DNA from: an uncultured Lentimicrobiaceae bacterium
Lineage (GTDB): Bacteria; Bacteroidota; Bacteroidia; Bacteroidales; F082
Assembly (NCBI GenBank): GCA_964455635.1
Contig: CAYVWX010000001.1
Coordinates: forward strand, 1-61,861
DNA: 61,861 nt
Reading direction: 5' to 3'
The notes beneath the pieces are model-generated. The model was not told where the DNA came from, made no database searches, and saw only the letters and a program-made list of their open reading frames with translations. Positions 1-10,706 of this stretch are shown piece after piece (position 1 is the stretch's first letter; each line of letters opens with the position of its first letter). Both the position numbers and the translations under genes were made by a program.

Positions 1-35
1 GCCAAAGATGGCCAATACCCCTTTAGTGCCATAAA

Positions 36-413
36 TTACCCGATTAAATTGCCATAGGCTTCTGCATCAAGCAGGCTATCTGCTTCGGCAGCGTTGGAAA
101 TTTTTATTTTAATAATCCATCCGTCGCCATACGGGTCTTTGTTAATAAGCTCCGGTTCGTCTTCCAGTTTTTCGTTAAGTTCAAGGATGGTTCCACTTAC
201 GGGAAGCAAGAGGTCGGAAACGGTTTTTACAGCTTCGATGGTACCGAAAACTTCGTCCTTATCCATCTCGTCACCAATGGTATCAACTTCTACAAAAACA
301 ATATCACCCAGTTCGTTTTGGGCAAAATCGGTAATGCCGATGTAGGCTTCGTCGCCTTCAACTCTAAGCCATTCGTGATCGTTAGAGTATTTTAAATCTT
401 TTGGAACATTCAT
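36..413 (-). CDS. gcvH: glycine cleavage system H protein
   Basis: 125-aa ORF with lipoyl-lysine motif [10 protein letters not shown] and N-terminal YSNDHEWL block typical of H protein. Confidence 0.95.
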   Translation of the reverse strand: MNVPKDLKYSNDHEWLRVEGDEAYIGITDFAQNELGDIVFVEVDTIGDEMDKDEVFGTIEAVKTVSDLLLPVSGTILELNEKLEDEPELINKDPYGDGWIIKIKISNAAEADSLLDAEAYGNLIG

Positions 414-606
414 TTTTTTAATTTTAAATTTGGAAGGCCAAAATTAATGAAAAAAATTGGTAGCAAACCTATAAAACAACGTAATAAAAATATAAAAATG
501 TGTTGAGGTGTCAAAAACCATTTGTTATTAATATTTGTCCCGTTTAAAACCATCGTTTTATGGTTTTCAGGCCTGAGTTGGACAGCAATAAGGTATAACG
601 GTTAAT

Positions 607-3600
607 TTATTGTGCAAGGTTAAACCGCAACGAAAACCCGCCGCTGGTTGATGCGGTTGCATATTGCGATGATATGTAAGGTGTGTTGTTGTTCCAGTTG
701 TAGTAAAAACGAAGCTGTAAACTTTTGCTCAACATGTAATCGGCGGTAAAGTTAAAGGTAAACTGTTTAGCACCTGCCGAAATTTGATTGTTGTTGTCGT
801 CGATGCGGCGAAGGAAAGTGATGTTGTCGCGAATGCCAAAATCGGCTTTAATGTTCAGGTCGCTGTTAAAGTTACTTTTTTTACCTCCTGTAATGATGGA
901 GAATTTAATATTCTTAAATCGATATCCTGCGCCAACCGAAATTTCGTTGCTGTTCACCTCCGTCATTTGGTTATTTACAAAACTCATGGTAATCGATCGG
1001 CTTTTTTTATAGTTGATTCTTGCGTTAAAGCTGTTTTGCATGGTTACATCAATGCCTATTAAAGGTGAAAAGGTTTCCATCATGGCTACAATGCCTGCGT
1101 CGTATTTATTAACATAATTCATGCTTCCTTCAAACATTTGAGTCGGGTCGTTGGGATTGTAAAGCAGGTTTTGCTGCCACGAAGCGATGGTCATCATTGA
1201 TCGGTAGCCGTGTTTGATGTTAAAGCTGCGGAATGCTTTGCCGATAAATCCTATGTTGGTCAGTCCGCTAAAGGTGATGTTCCAGTTTGGAAACGGAATG
1301 GAGGGGAAAATACTTGAAACATCCATTTTGTTGGCATCGCGGCCTCCGTAGGCAGCCAAAAACGAGTAATAAAGTACCTCTTGCTGGTTTGAGCCATATC
1401 CTTGCGGGAAATTGGCACCGGCAACCGTATCGTAAAAATATTCGTGGTTCCAGTTGGGATTTTCACGGGCAAGTTTCTCGGCAATGAGCAACCTGTTGTT
1501 TCTGAACTGATTAAAAGTTGGTGAGTTGGTTGAATCGCCTTTTGAAACAAACGCGGTTTTAATAAGGTTGTAAGAGATGCTGAAGTTACCTTTTTCAATG
1601 GGTGAAAAGTCGTTAAACCTGCCCAAATCGTTGCTGTAGCGATAATATGACCGCCTACTGCCGGTTAAAACCCTGTCACCGCTTAAGTCGATGCGTATAA
1701 CCGACCATAAATCGAGGTTGGCTTTATAATTTAACTGTTCGGAGTGCTTTGTTATGTATGGATTGTTAAGTGCGGTGTCAGTGGTAATCCATCCCATGCG
1801 GGCGGCATCGCCCCGTATATCGCGTTGGTCGCCAAACACAAATCCCCACCCCGGCGCATTTTCAGCCATATTCATACCAAGGAAAGTGGGTTCGGGTATA
1901 TAACCCGGAAGCAGCGTTCCGTCGGCAGTGCGGTAGTTTAAGCTTACCTTTTTAACAACCATTATTGTTTTAAGAATTCCATCCAGTGCAATTTTACCGT
2001 AGTTTACTTTGGGTTTTGCATTGGTTGAGTCGGCCGGGTTTTTGGCGGCTTTTTTTCCTCCCCGTGTGGTTGAGCTGTTTCCCCTGCGTTGCGACGACCT
2101 TCGGTTTCTCGAACGGTTTAGTTTTTTAAAATAGGGCACCTTATTATATAGCCTTTTAAAATCGGCACTTGAATTTAGTTGTATGTCGTTGGAATTTTCA
2201 AGTGTATTACCAAAACGCTGTTGTATTGAAACCGGTGACGCCGTCCAGGTATATAATGCCTGATAACTTGCCGTTAGCTTAACCCAATCGACCAACGGAA
2301 TTTTTTTCAGCGGTACATTGTAGGTAGCTTTAAAGGTTTGTGTGTAGTTTTGTTTGGTTCCGAATTGGCTTATCTGATCCCAGACTGCCCGTTTGTATTC
2401 TTCCCACTGTTGTGTTTGCTTGTCGGGATAAATGGTGGGTTCTTTTATGTATGCACGCGAACCCGTTGAAAGCTCAAAGGTCAGCGATTTTGCGAGGTCG
2501 TACCTTAAATTAAAGTTGTTGTTCCAGTTCCAAACACGGTTAAAGGTGGGGTAGGTGATGATGTCGCCAAAACTTTTGTCGCGATACTGTTTTTTCATAA
2601 AGTTCCGGTTCATATCCGTTTTAAACGAAATAATTTTTGGCAGATAATAAAAGTTAAAATCTTTTATGAGCTTAAACCAGTTTGATTTACCAAGGAATCC
2701 GATTTTGTTAAAGGGTTTTACATTTTTGGGGCTGGTGCTGTAGTTGTATCCCAATCCACCCTGATATTTTTTTTGTATCTCTTCTTCGATGTCGATGTTT
2801 TGATGGTCGATTTTGGAATATGAAAAGGAGGCATTAAAATTTTCTATGTCGTAAATGTGTGCTTTCCGTCGCGAATTGGTTTTGTCTTTACGCACATTCA
2901 TAAAGTTTATATTTTGCCTTGTGGTATGGTCGATGGTAAGTGCCTTTACCGAGTCGCGGCTCGATTTGGTTGTGTAAGTATCCAAATCATCTTTAAGCAA
3001 AATATCGGGGTTTAACGGATTGTATTTGGGGGTAATAGACTGAATACCATAATCGTAGTGCATGGGGATGCGGATACCGCTTTTTTCTCCGAAAAATTTC
3101 CCGAGGTTCAGGTCGGTTGAAATTTGCATGTTGGTTTCGTAATCCAACGGTATTTCACTAATTTTTTGATCGATGGTACCAAATCCGGCGGCACGATGTG
3201 AAACTAAAAACGAAACACGTCCCAGGTCGGCCAAATCGGCCTGAACACGGCCTGTGGTAGCCCATCCGGGAGAGTCGTTAAAATCAGTTAGCCGTAACTC
3301 GTCAACCCATACAATGGCACTTTTGGGTTCGCCGTCGTCGCTGGTGGCAAATCCCAGTTTTTTGGGATTTCTAACGCCAATCATAATTCCTTTAACATCG
3401 CTTATGTTCGGGTTACCCAAAACAGTGATGGTGGCTTTGCCGTGTAATTCGCGGTAGGGTTTGGTTAACGACAGGGAGTTGTTGGGGTCACGCATGGCTA
3501 CATTTCTGTCCTGTTTTACCTTAACAAGCTCATCGAGAACTATTTCCATGTTGTTATCCTGTGGCCATATAACGCCGGGCTGATTAATGGTTGTACCCCA

Positions 3601-6600
3601 GGGAGTAACCTTAACGGGAATCTCGTATTCGTAGTAGTTGTTGGTAAAATCGGCACCTACCCGTATAAATATGGTTAAATCGTTGTCGTTTAATGTTTGA
3701 TTTTCGAGCAATTTTTCGGCATGAACAAACATTTTAATTTTTTTATATTGCCTGAAATCGAACTCGGTGGTTTTATAGGCTCCCCGGGCATCGCCATCTT
3801 GCAGGTCTTCAATGCTGAACTGCAACGATTGTTCGTTAAGTTTTACATAATCGGTAGTGGCAAAATTCGATTCTCTTTTAATTCCCGGTGGTATTACATA
3901 AGGTATGGGAACGCGCCGGCCGTTTTCTTCGATGTTAACCGTTGAGATAACATATTTTGTTTCGCTTCCGTCGTCGGTAGGAATGTATTCGCCTTGCGCC
4001 AGCAGCGAATGCTGGTATCTCCTCCAGTCGCCACGTACCAGCTCGAAAGTGGCAAAACGGCAAACAATGGGTTTTTTAAAGTTTTTCATAAATACCCGCA
4101 TAAAGCGTATGGAACGAAAGTCGGTAATGCGGCCTACCACTTTGCTGGGGTTTGTGATGGGAATACGAAACTGATACCATTTTACTTCGGGAAGAATGTC
4201 GCCATTTGCCAGCGCAACATTTTTGGCTGTTCTAATGTCGGCAATGTTGTTTTTACCCACCTCCATTTGACTTGGGTCCAGTTTTACTTTGTATTGAAAA
4301 TAGCGTTCCGATTCGCTCAGTGTGTTGTCGCGGTTAATGTCTTCCACATTGGGATAGTTTGAATTGGAAGTGGGGTAACTCTCAGGGTTAAGGTCGTCGG
4401 TGGGAGAGTTTCCCTCGACGCCGTTAAAATTTTTATATCGTTCGGTAATGCTTGAATATTCCCCTTGCTGGTCGTAGTCGGAGCCTCTGAAATAGTGATA
4501 GTCGTCTGACGACGGGTCAGCCTCGGCCAGTTGATAGGCTTTGGAGTTGCTGCCCACATTTTGGCGGAGCTTTTGCAGGTAGATGGTTTGGTAAAACGAT
4601 TTTTCGTCATCATCGCCCAATCCGTCGTAACCAACATCCTGAAACTGGCGTGAGCCGGCAACGTTGCTAAACGATTCTACCAGTGCCTGTACCGTAGGAA
4701 CCCTGCCCCAAAGGGTGGTGTCAACATTTTCCACAGCGGCAGAGGTGGGCAGGCCGTTTTCGTAGCTTTTGCGTCCGTCTTTTAAGATGTCTTCCGACAC
4801 TTCACCGAGGTTGATATACATGTCTCCTTTGTTGTCGGGGTCTTCGGTAAAGGGATCCATCATCCAAAATTCGATGTATTCGATGTTTGCCGCTTCAAAG
4901 TCGGAAGTCTCAATTTTTCTCATCATTCCGCCCCAGCGTGATTCGGGGTTGAGGAGTTTACCGTCGGGATTTACATTGTCGGCATCAAAGTTATAGGGTC
5001 CCCGTTCGTCGGGAAAATAAGCCATATTTAAGGTGGGGATGGTTGTAGGCCTTCCGTTGGGGATGTCTTTATTTGGAAAGACTTCCGTTTCAAGAATCTG
5101 GCGTGTTGAATTTTTGGAGATTTCGTTTTTATCGACATTGGTAGGCCTTAATCCTCCTGTTCTGTCGTAAAACAGCGGATCAATAATATACCAGGCAAAT
5201 TTGGCTCTGTTTTTTCCGTAGTCGTAACCCTGTACATTTCCTTCGGGAAAAAGGTTGGGCTGGCCCTGCGGGGTACTGGCCAAAAACCAGGAGCCGGTAT
5301 GTTTAAGGTCGATGGTGGATTTGGCACCCTCAAAATCGTCGATGTATGAGGTTCCCGACGGGCCGATTGCCCTGGAATGGCCGGGAAGAAACTGTGCAAA
5401 CTCGGCATTGACATTAATTTTCGACATCACGTTGGTGGAAATGCCGGGCAGTTTGTCAATTATGTTGGTTAGCCAGCGCGAATCTTTGTGATAACTTAAA
5501 TCAACTCCCCAAATGGTGTTCGAAATGGGGTCGTCGCCATAATTAACCTTTTGTGTTAACGGCCTTTCGTGCAGGTTTAACAGGGTACCTCCAATGTGCA
5601 GGTCTTTGTTTACTTCGTGGTCAACATGGATGCCCATCATCCGCTTTTGCTGAACATTGAACATGGAGTTGCTTTCCAGCGACACGTTGATGGGGGTTCC
5701 CGAGCTTAAGATGCCATCGTTTAAAATACGTACTCTTCCCAAGGTATAGTCAACGGTATAGTCAACATTTTCTACCAAAGGTACTCCGCCTGCAGTAACG
5801 GTAACCGAGCCTTGCGGCACATTGAGTGCGTTTAAACTTATTTCGGAACCTGATTTCGATTTGTAAAATCCTTCCAGAATGTATCTGTTTTTATCGGGAA
5901 ACTGCTCGGCGGCGGTTTTGGTCATTGAATATAGCGAGTCGAACGAATATTTATCTGCCAGGGCCGGATTTGAGGGGAAAACGGAATCGTGAATATAACT
6001 TCCAAAAGGCTGAAGCACCGGAAAATAGATGCGGCCGTTGGAGCCCTGAAAAGTTCCTCCCGTGGTTGCAGCATGGTCGATAAAGTCGAAAACCCCGTCG
6101 CCTCCGGGAATGGGATTGAGTTGGTTGTCTAAATTGTCAACACCCAAAACGTGAATCAGCGGTTTTCCTTTTACATTGTCGGGGCCTTCCATATAATAGC
6201 CTGTGGGAACACCGTTTTTGTCGCCGGAGTACAGGATGTTAAAAATAAAATCGTCGCGCTGAACCTGGTAAGCGCCTATGGAATAAACGTTTTTCATCAT
6301 CAAATCCCACATGGGCATTTTGGTGTTTAAAACGTTACTTTTTAACAGTTTTACTACCAGACTGTTTGGTGGCACTATCCCCTGATCCGAAAATTCACCT
6401 ACCTGATAAACACGGTCGTCGCCGATAATGGTATATTGATAGGCAACGGCAACAATTTGATCGTCGTTAAGGCTTGTGTTTAGCGAAATAAATCCGAGTT
6501 TGGGGTTAAATTTGTATTCGGTTGGTTTCAGTTTCCGGGCATTTTCAAGCTTGATAAAGTCTTCTCCGGGAGTTATATACCCCGATTGTCCTATGTTAAA

Positions 6601-7866
6601 GGGGTCGCCGGTTAAATATTGCGTTATGTTGTTGATGTTGCGAATTTGGTTGGTATCCAGCTTATAAAGCAGGTCGTTCGACAGGTTTGAAGGGTAGGTT
6701 TGTCCCGGAACAGGTTGTACCAGTGGGTTGAAGATTTTTGAAGGGTTGTTTTCTCCCAAATCGGTAAAAGCAACAATGTTTCTGTTTTCCTGGGTTGCTG
6801 CCCCTATGTTGGTTACCCACACTTCTACTTTGCTAATAACAATATCGGAAGTAACTATGGGTAAGGTGCTTAAGGCACGTTCGTAGTTGTCGCGAAAATA
6901 CTGACTTAAAAAGAAGTGACGGTTGTCTTCGTAATCGAGTGCCGACAGTTCAAAATGATTGGCTTGTGCACCGCCCTGAATACGGATGTTCTTCGATTCG
7001 CTCTGTTGTTGCGAAAACACTCCGGTGATGGTTGTTTTTCCAAACTGCAGTTTTGTTTTTACCCCGAAAAGGCTTTGGCTGCCTCTGATAAGCGTTGAAC
7101 GCAGGGGCAGGCTTACATTTCCGGCTTCAATTAACTGGATAATCTCATCTTCCTTGCCTTCGTATTTTAGCTTAAGGGTATTTTCAAAATTAAAGGATGA
7201 CTCGGTATTGTAGTTGGCTTTAAATTCGATTTTATCGCCAATTTTGGCAATTACATTCATTTGAATGGACTCTTTAAAGTCGAAATTGGTGGTGCGTCGT
7301 TGTCTTACGTCAAGTGCCGGATCGTCGCGCTTGTTTGATAAAATTCCAAAACTGATTTGAGCCGATCCCTGCGGGCGAATGTCGATGGTGTTGCTGCCGA
7401 AGATGGATTCAAAGGCTTTGCCGCCCACATAAATTTTCGGAATGAGCCGTTCTCCTTCGGTGGTGCCTGCTACCTGAGCACGCTCTTTCCAGTAGCTTTT
7501 TACATCTTTGTTGAGCTGGTATTTTTGAAACTCGTTAAAATCCATGCTGGTGGGCGATCGGTACGTAAAGTTACCCACTTTGTTTTCAAATTCGTAGCTG
7601 TTGGTTTTCGGGTTGTAAATAATTTGTTGTTTGATATTTGTCGGGTTGCTGAGGAAAAGCGGGCTGGAGCTTTGGTCCATATACGGGTTTCCCGAAAAAT
7701 CGTTGAAAGGATAGATGAGGTGCGTAGTGTCGCTATTTTGAACGCTATCGGCAGCAGAGGTGTTTTGAATTTGGGCAAACAAAATTCCCTCCGGAGTTAG
7801 TAAGCTGCTCCAAAACGCAATGGTGAAAATAATTGTTAGTAAAAAGTATCTGTCTCCCCGCTTCAA
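607..7866 (-). CDS. sprA: T9SS outer-membrane translocon / gliding motility protein SprA (Sov family)
   Basis: 2419-aa uninterrupted ORF with an N-terminal hydrophobic signal-like segment. Size and sequence are typical of Bacteroidota SprA. The only in-frame start that retains the signal segment is TTG at 7864-7866. Confidence 0.9.
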   Translation of the reverse strand: MKRGDRYFLLTIIFTIAFWSSLLTPEGILFAQIQNTSAADSVQNSDTTHLIYPFNDFSGNPYMDQSSSPLFLSNPTNIKQQIIYNPKTNSYEFENKVGNFTYRSPTSMDFNEFQKYQLNKDVKSYWKERAQVAGTTEGERLIPKIYVGGKAFESIFGSNTIDIRPQGSAQISFGILSNKRDDPALDVRQRRTTNFDFKESIQMNVIAKIGDKIEFKANYNTESSFNFENTLKLKYEGKEDEIIQLIEAGNVSLPLRSTLIRGSQSLFGVKTKLQFGKTTITGVFSQQQSESKNIRIQGGAQANHFELSALDYEDNRHFFLSQYFRDNYERALSTLPIVTSDIVISKVEVWVTNIGAATQENRNIVAFTDLGENNPSKIFNPLVQPVPGQTYPSNLSNDLLYKLDTNQIRNINNITQYLTGDPFNIGQSGYITPGEDFIKLENARKLKPTEYKFNPKLGFISLNTSLNDDQIVAVAYQYTIIGDDRVYQVGEFSDQGIVPPNSLVVKLLKSNVLNTKMPMWDLMMKNVYSIGAYQVQRDDFIFNILYSGDKNGVPTGYYMEGPDNVKGKPLIHVLGVDNLDNQLNPIPGGDGVFDFIDHAATTGGTFQGSNGRIYFPVLQPFGSYIHDSVFPSNPALADKYSFDSLYSMTKTAAEQFPDKNRYILEGFYKSKSGSEISLNALNVPQGSVTVTAGGVPLVENVDYTVDYTLGRVRILNDGILSSGTPINVSLESNSMFNVQQKRMMGIHVDHEVNKDLHIGGTLLNLHERPLTQKVNYGDDPISNTIWGVDLSYHKDSRWLTNIIDKLPGISTNVMSKINVNAEFAQFLPGHSRAIGPSGTSYIDDFEGAKSTIDLKHTGSWFLASTPQGQPNLFPEGNVQGYDYGKNRAKFAWYIIDPLFYDRTGGLRPTNVDKNEISKNSTRQILETEVFPNKDIPNGRPTTIPTLNMAYFPDERGPYNFDADNVNPDGKLLNPESRWGGMMRKIETSDFEAANIEYIEFWMMDPFTEDPDNKGDMYINLGEVSEDILKDGRKSYENGLPTSAAVENVDTTLWGRVPTVQALVESFSNVAGSRQFQDVGYDGLGDDDEKSFYQTIYLQKLRQNVGSNSKAYQLAEADPSSDDYHYFRGSDYDQQGEYSSITERYKNFNGVEGNSPTDDLNPESYPTSNSNYPNVEDINRDNTLSESERYFQYKVKLDPSQMEVGKNNIADIRTAKNVALANGDILPEVKWYQFRIPITNPSKVVGRITDFRSIRFMRVFMKNFKKPIVCRFATFELVRGDWRRYQHSLLAQGEYIPTDDGSETKYVISTVNIEENGRRVPIPYVIPPGIKRESNFATTDYVKLNEQSLQFSIEDLQDGDARGAYKTTEFDFRQYKKIKMFVHAEKLLENQTLNDNDLTIFIRVGADFTNNYYEYEIPVKVTPWGTTINQPGVIWPQDNNMEIVLDELVKVKQDRNVAMRDPNNSLSLTKPYRELHGKATITVLGNPNISDVKGIMIGVRNPKKLGFATSDDGEPKSAIVWVDELRLTDFNDSPGWATTGRVQADLADLGRVSFLVSHRAAGFGTIDQKISEIPLDYETNMQISTDLNLGKFFGEKSGIRIPMHYDYGIQSITPKYNPLNPDILLKDDLDTYTTKSSRDSVKALTIDHTTRQNINFMNVRKDKTNSRRKAHIYDIENFNASFSYSKIDHQNIDIEEEIQKKYQGGLGYNYSTSPKNVKPFNKIGFLGKSNWFKLIKDFNFYYLPKIISFKTDMNRNFMKKQYRDKSFGDIITYPTFNRVWNWNNNFNLRYDLAKSLTFELSTGSRAYIKEPTIYPDKQTQQWEEYKRAVWDQISQFGTKQNYTQTFKATYNVPLKKIPLVDWVKLTASYQALYTWTASPVSIQQRFGNTLENSNDIQLNSSADFKRLYNKVPYFKKLNRSRNRRSSQRRGNSSTTRGGKKAAKNPADSTNAKPKVNYGKIALDGILKTIMVVKKVSLNYRTADGTLLPGYIPEPTFLGMNMAENAPGWGFVFGDQRDIRGDAARMGWITTDTALNNPYITKHSEQLNYKANLDLWSVIRIDLSGDRVLTGSRRSYYRYSNDLGRFNDFSPIEKGNFSISYNLIKTAFVSKGDSTNSPTFNQFRNNRLLIAEKLARENPNWNHEYFYDTVAGANFPQGYGSNQQEVLYYSFLAAYGGRDANKMDVSSIFPSIPFPNWNITFSGLTNIGFIGKAFRSFNIKHGYRSMMTIASWQQNLLYNPNDPTQMFEGSMNYVNKYDAGIVAMMETFSPLIGIDVTMQNSFNARINYKKSRSITMSFVNNQMTEVNSNEISVGAGYRFKNIKFSIITGGKKSNFNSDLNIKADFGIRDNITFLRRIDDNNNQISAGAKQFTFNFTADYMLSKSLQLRFYYNWNNNTPYISSQYATASTSGGFSLRFNLAQ

Positions 7867-7898
7867 AACTTTCTCTTATCGTTAATCAATTGTATCAG

Positions 7899-8480
7899 TT
7901 ATAAGATTTTAAGAGCCTCTTTAATAAGAAGCTCAACACTATCAATTTCAGTTTGTTTCATTACTTTGCCAACAGCTTTTTCAGCTACTGTTTTGTTAAA
8001 CCCGAGAATCAACAAACCTGATAACGCTTCATCCTTTAAAGTATTGTGGCCGGGAGCGATTTTTTCGAGCTTTATATCCTGTTTTATCAGCTTATCGCGC
8101 AGGTCGATAATAATTCGTTGTGCCGTTTTACCTCCAATACCTTTTACTCCCTGCAAAATCATGGTGTTGCCCTGTGTGATGGCCGTGTAGGTTTCCTCTG
8201 CCGAAAGCGACGATAAGATTAATCTGGCAGTATTGGCACCAACACCTGAAACGGTGATGAGCAGCAGAAAAAGCTGCCGTTCGTTTTCTTTGGCAAATCC
8301 ATATAAGATGTGGGCGTCTTCGCGTACTACCAAATGGGTAAAAAGTTTTACCTCTTTAAGGTCTTTTATTTGAGAATAGGTGTTTACCGTGATATTAATA
8401 AAATATCCGATTCCCTGATTTTCAACAACCACGTAAGTGGGTGTAACTTCTGCAAGTTTCCCACTGATAAAAGCATACAT
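7899..8480 (-). CDS. ruvA: Holliday junction DNA helicase subunit RuvA
   Basis: 193 aa. N-terminal MYAFISGKL OB-fold start and two helix-hairpin-helix motifs (VSGVGANTARLIL, VKGIGGKTAQRII). Confidence 0.95.
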   Translation of the reverse strand: MYAFISGKLAEVTPTYVVVENQGIGYFINITVNTYSQIKDLKEVKLFTHLVVREDAHILYGFAKENERQLFLLLITVSGVGANTARLILSSLSAEETYTAITQGNTMILQGVKGIGGKTAQRIIIDLRDKLIKQDIKLEKIAPGHNTLKDEALSGLLILGFNKTVAEKAVGKVMKQTEIDSVELLIKEALKIL

Positions 8481-8751
8481 AGGCTAAAGCCGTTAAAAGA
8501 TTGTCATAAATGTTAAGAAAACAAAAATACAATAAAAACCATACGGAGGAAAAGATTAAGATTTTGAGCCTGTTTTTTTTGGAGAATATAAGCACCAATT
8601 AATAAAATCCGGGAACGGAAAACCTGTTTGGAATCTGATTTTTCAGGTTTAACCGTTGGACATAATAGGGTCCCGGGCATGAGCGAGGTGTGAAAAAAAC
8701 AGGATATTTCAAAATTTTGTTATCTTGCCTCGTTAATTTATAAATGCAGTT

Positions 8752-10665
8752 ATGAAAACAATTCCCGGATTTTTTAAAAATAGTGTGGCAAAATATGCCG
8801 ACAATGTTTTAATTCATGAAAAGGTAAACGGAAAGTATGTAGGCGCAACTTACAGGGAGATTGATGAGCAGGTGGAATATTTTGCCGCAGGCCTGTATCG
8901 GTTGGGGTTAAAAAAGGGCGACAGGGTAGCGTTGCTGGCCGAGGGCCGAACGGAATGGCTGGTCGCCGAGTTGGCCATGCTCAGCCTCGGCATTATTGAT
9001 GTACCCCTCTCGGTAAAGCTTATCGAACCTAATGAAATAGCTTTTAGAATAAACCATTCCCAATCGAAAGCCGTTATTGTTTCAGGTTCACAATTAAAAA
9101 AAATTCGTGATATTTTGGATAGTTTGCCAAAAGTTGAAATTATTATTATCATGGATGATGTGGAGGCAAAGGATAAGGAGGTTACCTATTCCAAGGTGTT
9201 TAAACAGGGAAAAGATGCCTCTTCCGAAGTAAAATCGGAAGTGCAAAAAATGATGCAGTCGGTTAAAGGCGATGATGTGGCCAATATTACGTATACATCG
9301 GGTACCACTGCCGACCCCAAGGGGATTATGTTGACGCATCGTAACTATACTGCCAATACCGAGCAGGGAACATCGTTGTTCGAAATAAAGCAGGAGTTTA
9401 TTACTTTGCTGATATTGCCGTGGGACCACTCATTTGCTCATACGGTAGGGCTTTATACCATGATCGGAAAAGGAGCCGGCCTGGCAGTGGTTGAAAGAGG
9501 GCGGACCCCCATGGAAACGTTGAAAAATATACCTAAAAACATAAAAGAGATTAAACCGCATTTTTTATTGAGTGTACCGGCGCTGGCAAAAAATTTTAAA
9601 AAGAATATTGAATCGGGAATACGTCAAAAAGGAAAAACAACCGAGAATTTGTTCAACTTTGCCCTTAACATAGCTTATAAATATAATAAATCGGGGTTTG
9701 ATAAAGGCACCGGCGGCACTTTTGTGTATAAGCCGTTGCTTGCTTTGTTCGACAAAATTTTGTTTAGCAAAGTCAGAGCCGGATTTGGAGGTAACCTGCT
9801 TTATTTTGTGGGAGGCGGAGCGCTGTTGGATATTGAGCTTCAACGATTTTTTTATGCTTTGGGAATTCCCATGTATCAGGGCTATGGCCTCTCGGAGGCA
9901 GCGCCGGTTATTTCGTCAAACTCGCCCGATGCCCACAAAATGGGCAGCTCGGGAAGAATTGTGGCCAATCTGGAAATAAAAATTCTGGATGACGACGGCA
10001 AACCATTAAAAACGGGTGAAAAAGGTGAAATTGTTGTAAGAGGCGAAAATGTAATGAAAGGTTACTGGAAAAATGAAAAGGCTACCAACGAAACTTTAAA
10101 AAACGGATGGCTTCACACGGGCGATATCGGATATTTGGATAAAGACGGATTTTTGTTTGTGCTGGGCAGGTTTAAAAGTTTATTAATAGGTAACGATGGC
10201 GAGAAATACAGCCCCGAAGGTATTGAAGAGGCATTGGCCGATCAGTCCGGTTACATTGATCAGGTAATGCTTCACAACAACCAAAATCCTTATACGGTTG
10301 GCTTGATAGTGCCCAATGTTGCAGCGCTAAAGGAGAAGATTAAATCGGATGGAATGGAGGTTAAAAGTGATAAATCCGTTGAAGCGGCGTTAAACATCCT
10401 TAAAGGTGAGGTGGCTAAATATTTGAGTGGCGGTGAGTTTGAAGATATGTTCCCGGCCCGCTGGCTGCCGGCTTCCGTGGGTATTCCGCCTGAGAGTTTT
10501 AACGAGCAAAACGGATTAATGAATGCAACCATGAAGGTTATAAGAGGTAACATCACCAAAAGGTTTGATACACTGATTGATTATCTTTATACTCCGGAAG
10601 GAAAAAATATTGTTAACGACAGAAACAAGGAAAGCATGAAAAAGTGGTTGTGGGGAGCAGAGTAA
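8752..10665 (+). CDS. AMP-dependent long-chain acyl-CoA synthetase/ligase
   Basis: 637 aa. Adenylate-forming enzyme motifs YTSGTTADPKG, GYGLSE, HTGDIG. Confidence 0.9.
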   Translation: MKTIPGFFKNSVAKYADNVLIHEKVNGKYVGATYREIDEQVEYFAAGLYRLGLKKGDRVALLAEGRTEWLVAELAMLSLGIIDVPLSVKLIEPNEIAFRINHSQSKAVIVSGSQLKKIRDILDSLPKVEIIIIMDDVEAKDKEVTYSKVFKQGKDASSEVKSEVQKMMQSVKGDDVANITYTSGTTADPKGIMLTHRNYTANTEQGTSLFEIKQEFITLLILPWDHSFAHTVGLYTMIGKGAGLAVVERGRTPMETLKNIPKNIKEIKPHFLLSVPALAKNFKKNIESGIRQKGKTTENLFNFALNIAYKYNKSGFDKGTGGTFVYKPLLALFDKILFSKVRAGFGGNLLYFVGGGALLDIELQRFFYALGIPMYQGYGLSEAAPVISSNSPDAHKMGSSGRIVANLEIKILDDDGKPLKTGEKGEIVVRGENVMKGYWKNEKATNETLKNGWLHTGDIGYLDKDGFLFVLGRFKSLLIGNDGEKYSPEGIEEALADQSGYIDQVMLHNNQNPYTVGLIVPNVAALKEKIKSDGMEVKSDKSVEAALNILKGEVAKYLSGGEFEDMFPARWLPASVGIPPESFNEQNGLMNATMKVIRGNITKRFDTLIDYLYTPEGKNIVNDRNKESMKKWLWGAE

Positions 10666-10706
10666 CCGGACGAAAAATAGAAATATTAAATAATTGAAAC
10701 TGTTGA

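Noticed and set aside
414-606. Hairpin AAACCAT-CGTTTT-ATGGTTT downstream of sprA as a terminator
   Set aside because: The stem is only 7 bp and AT-rich, with no clear U-tract on the sprA strand. That is too weak to call.
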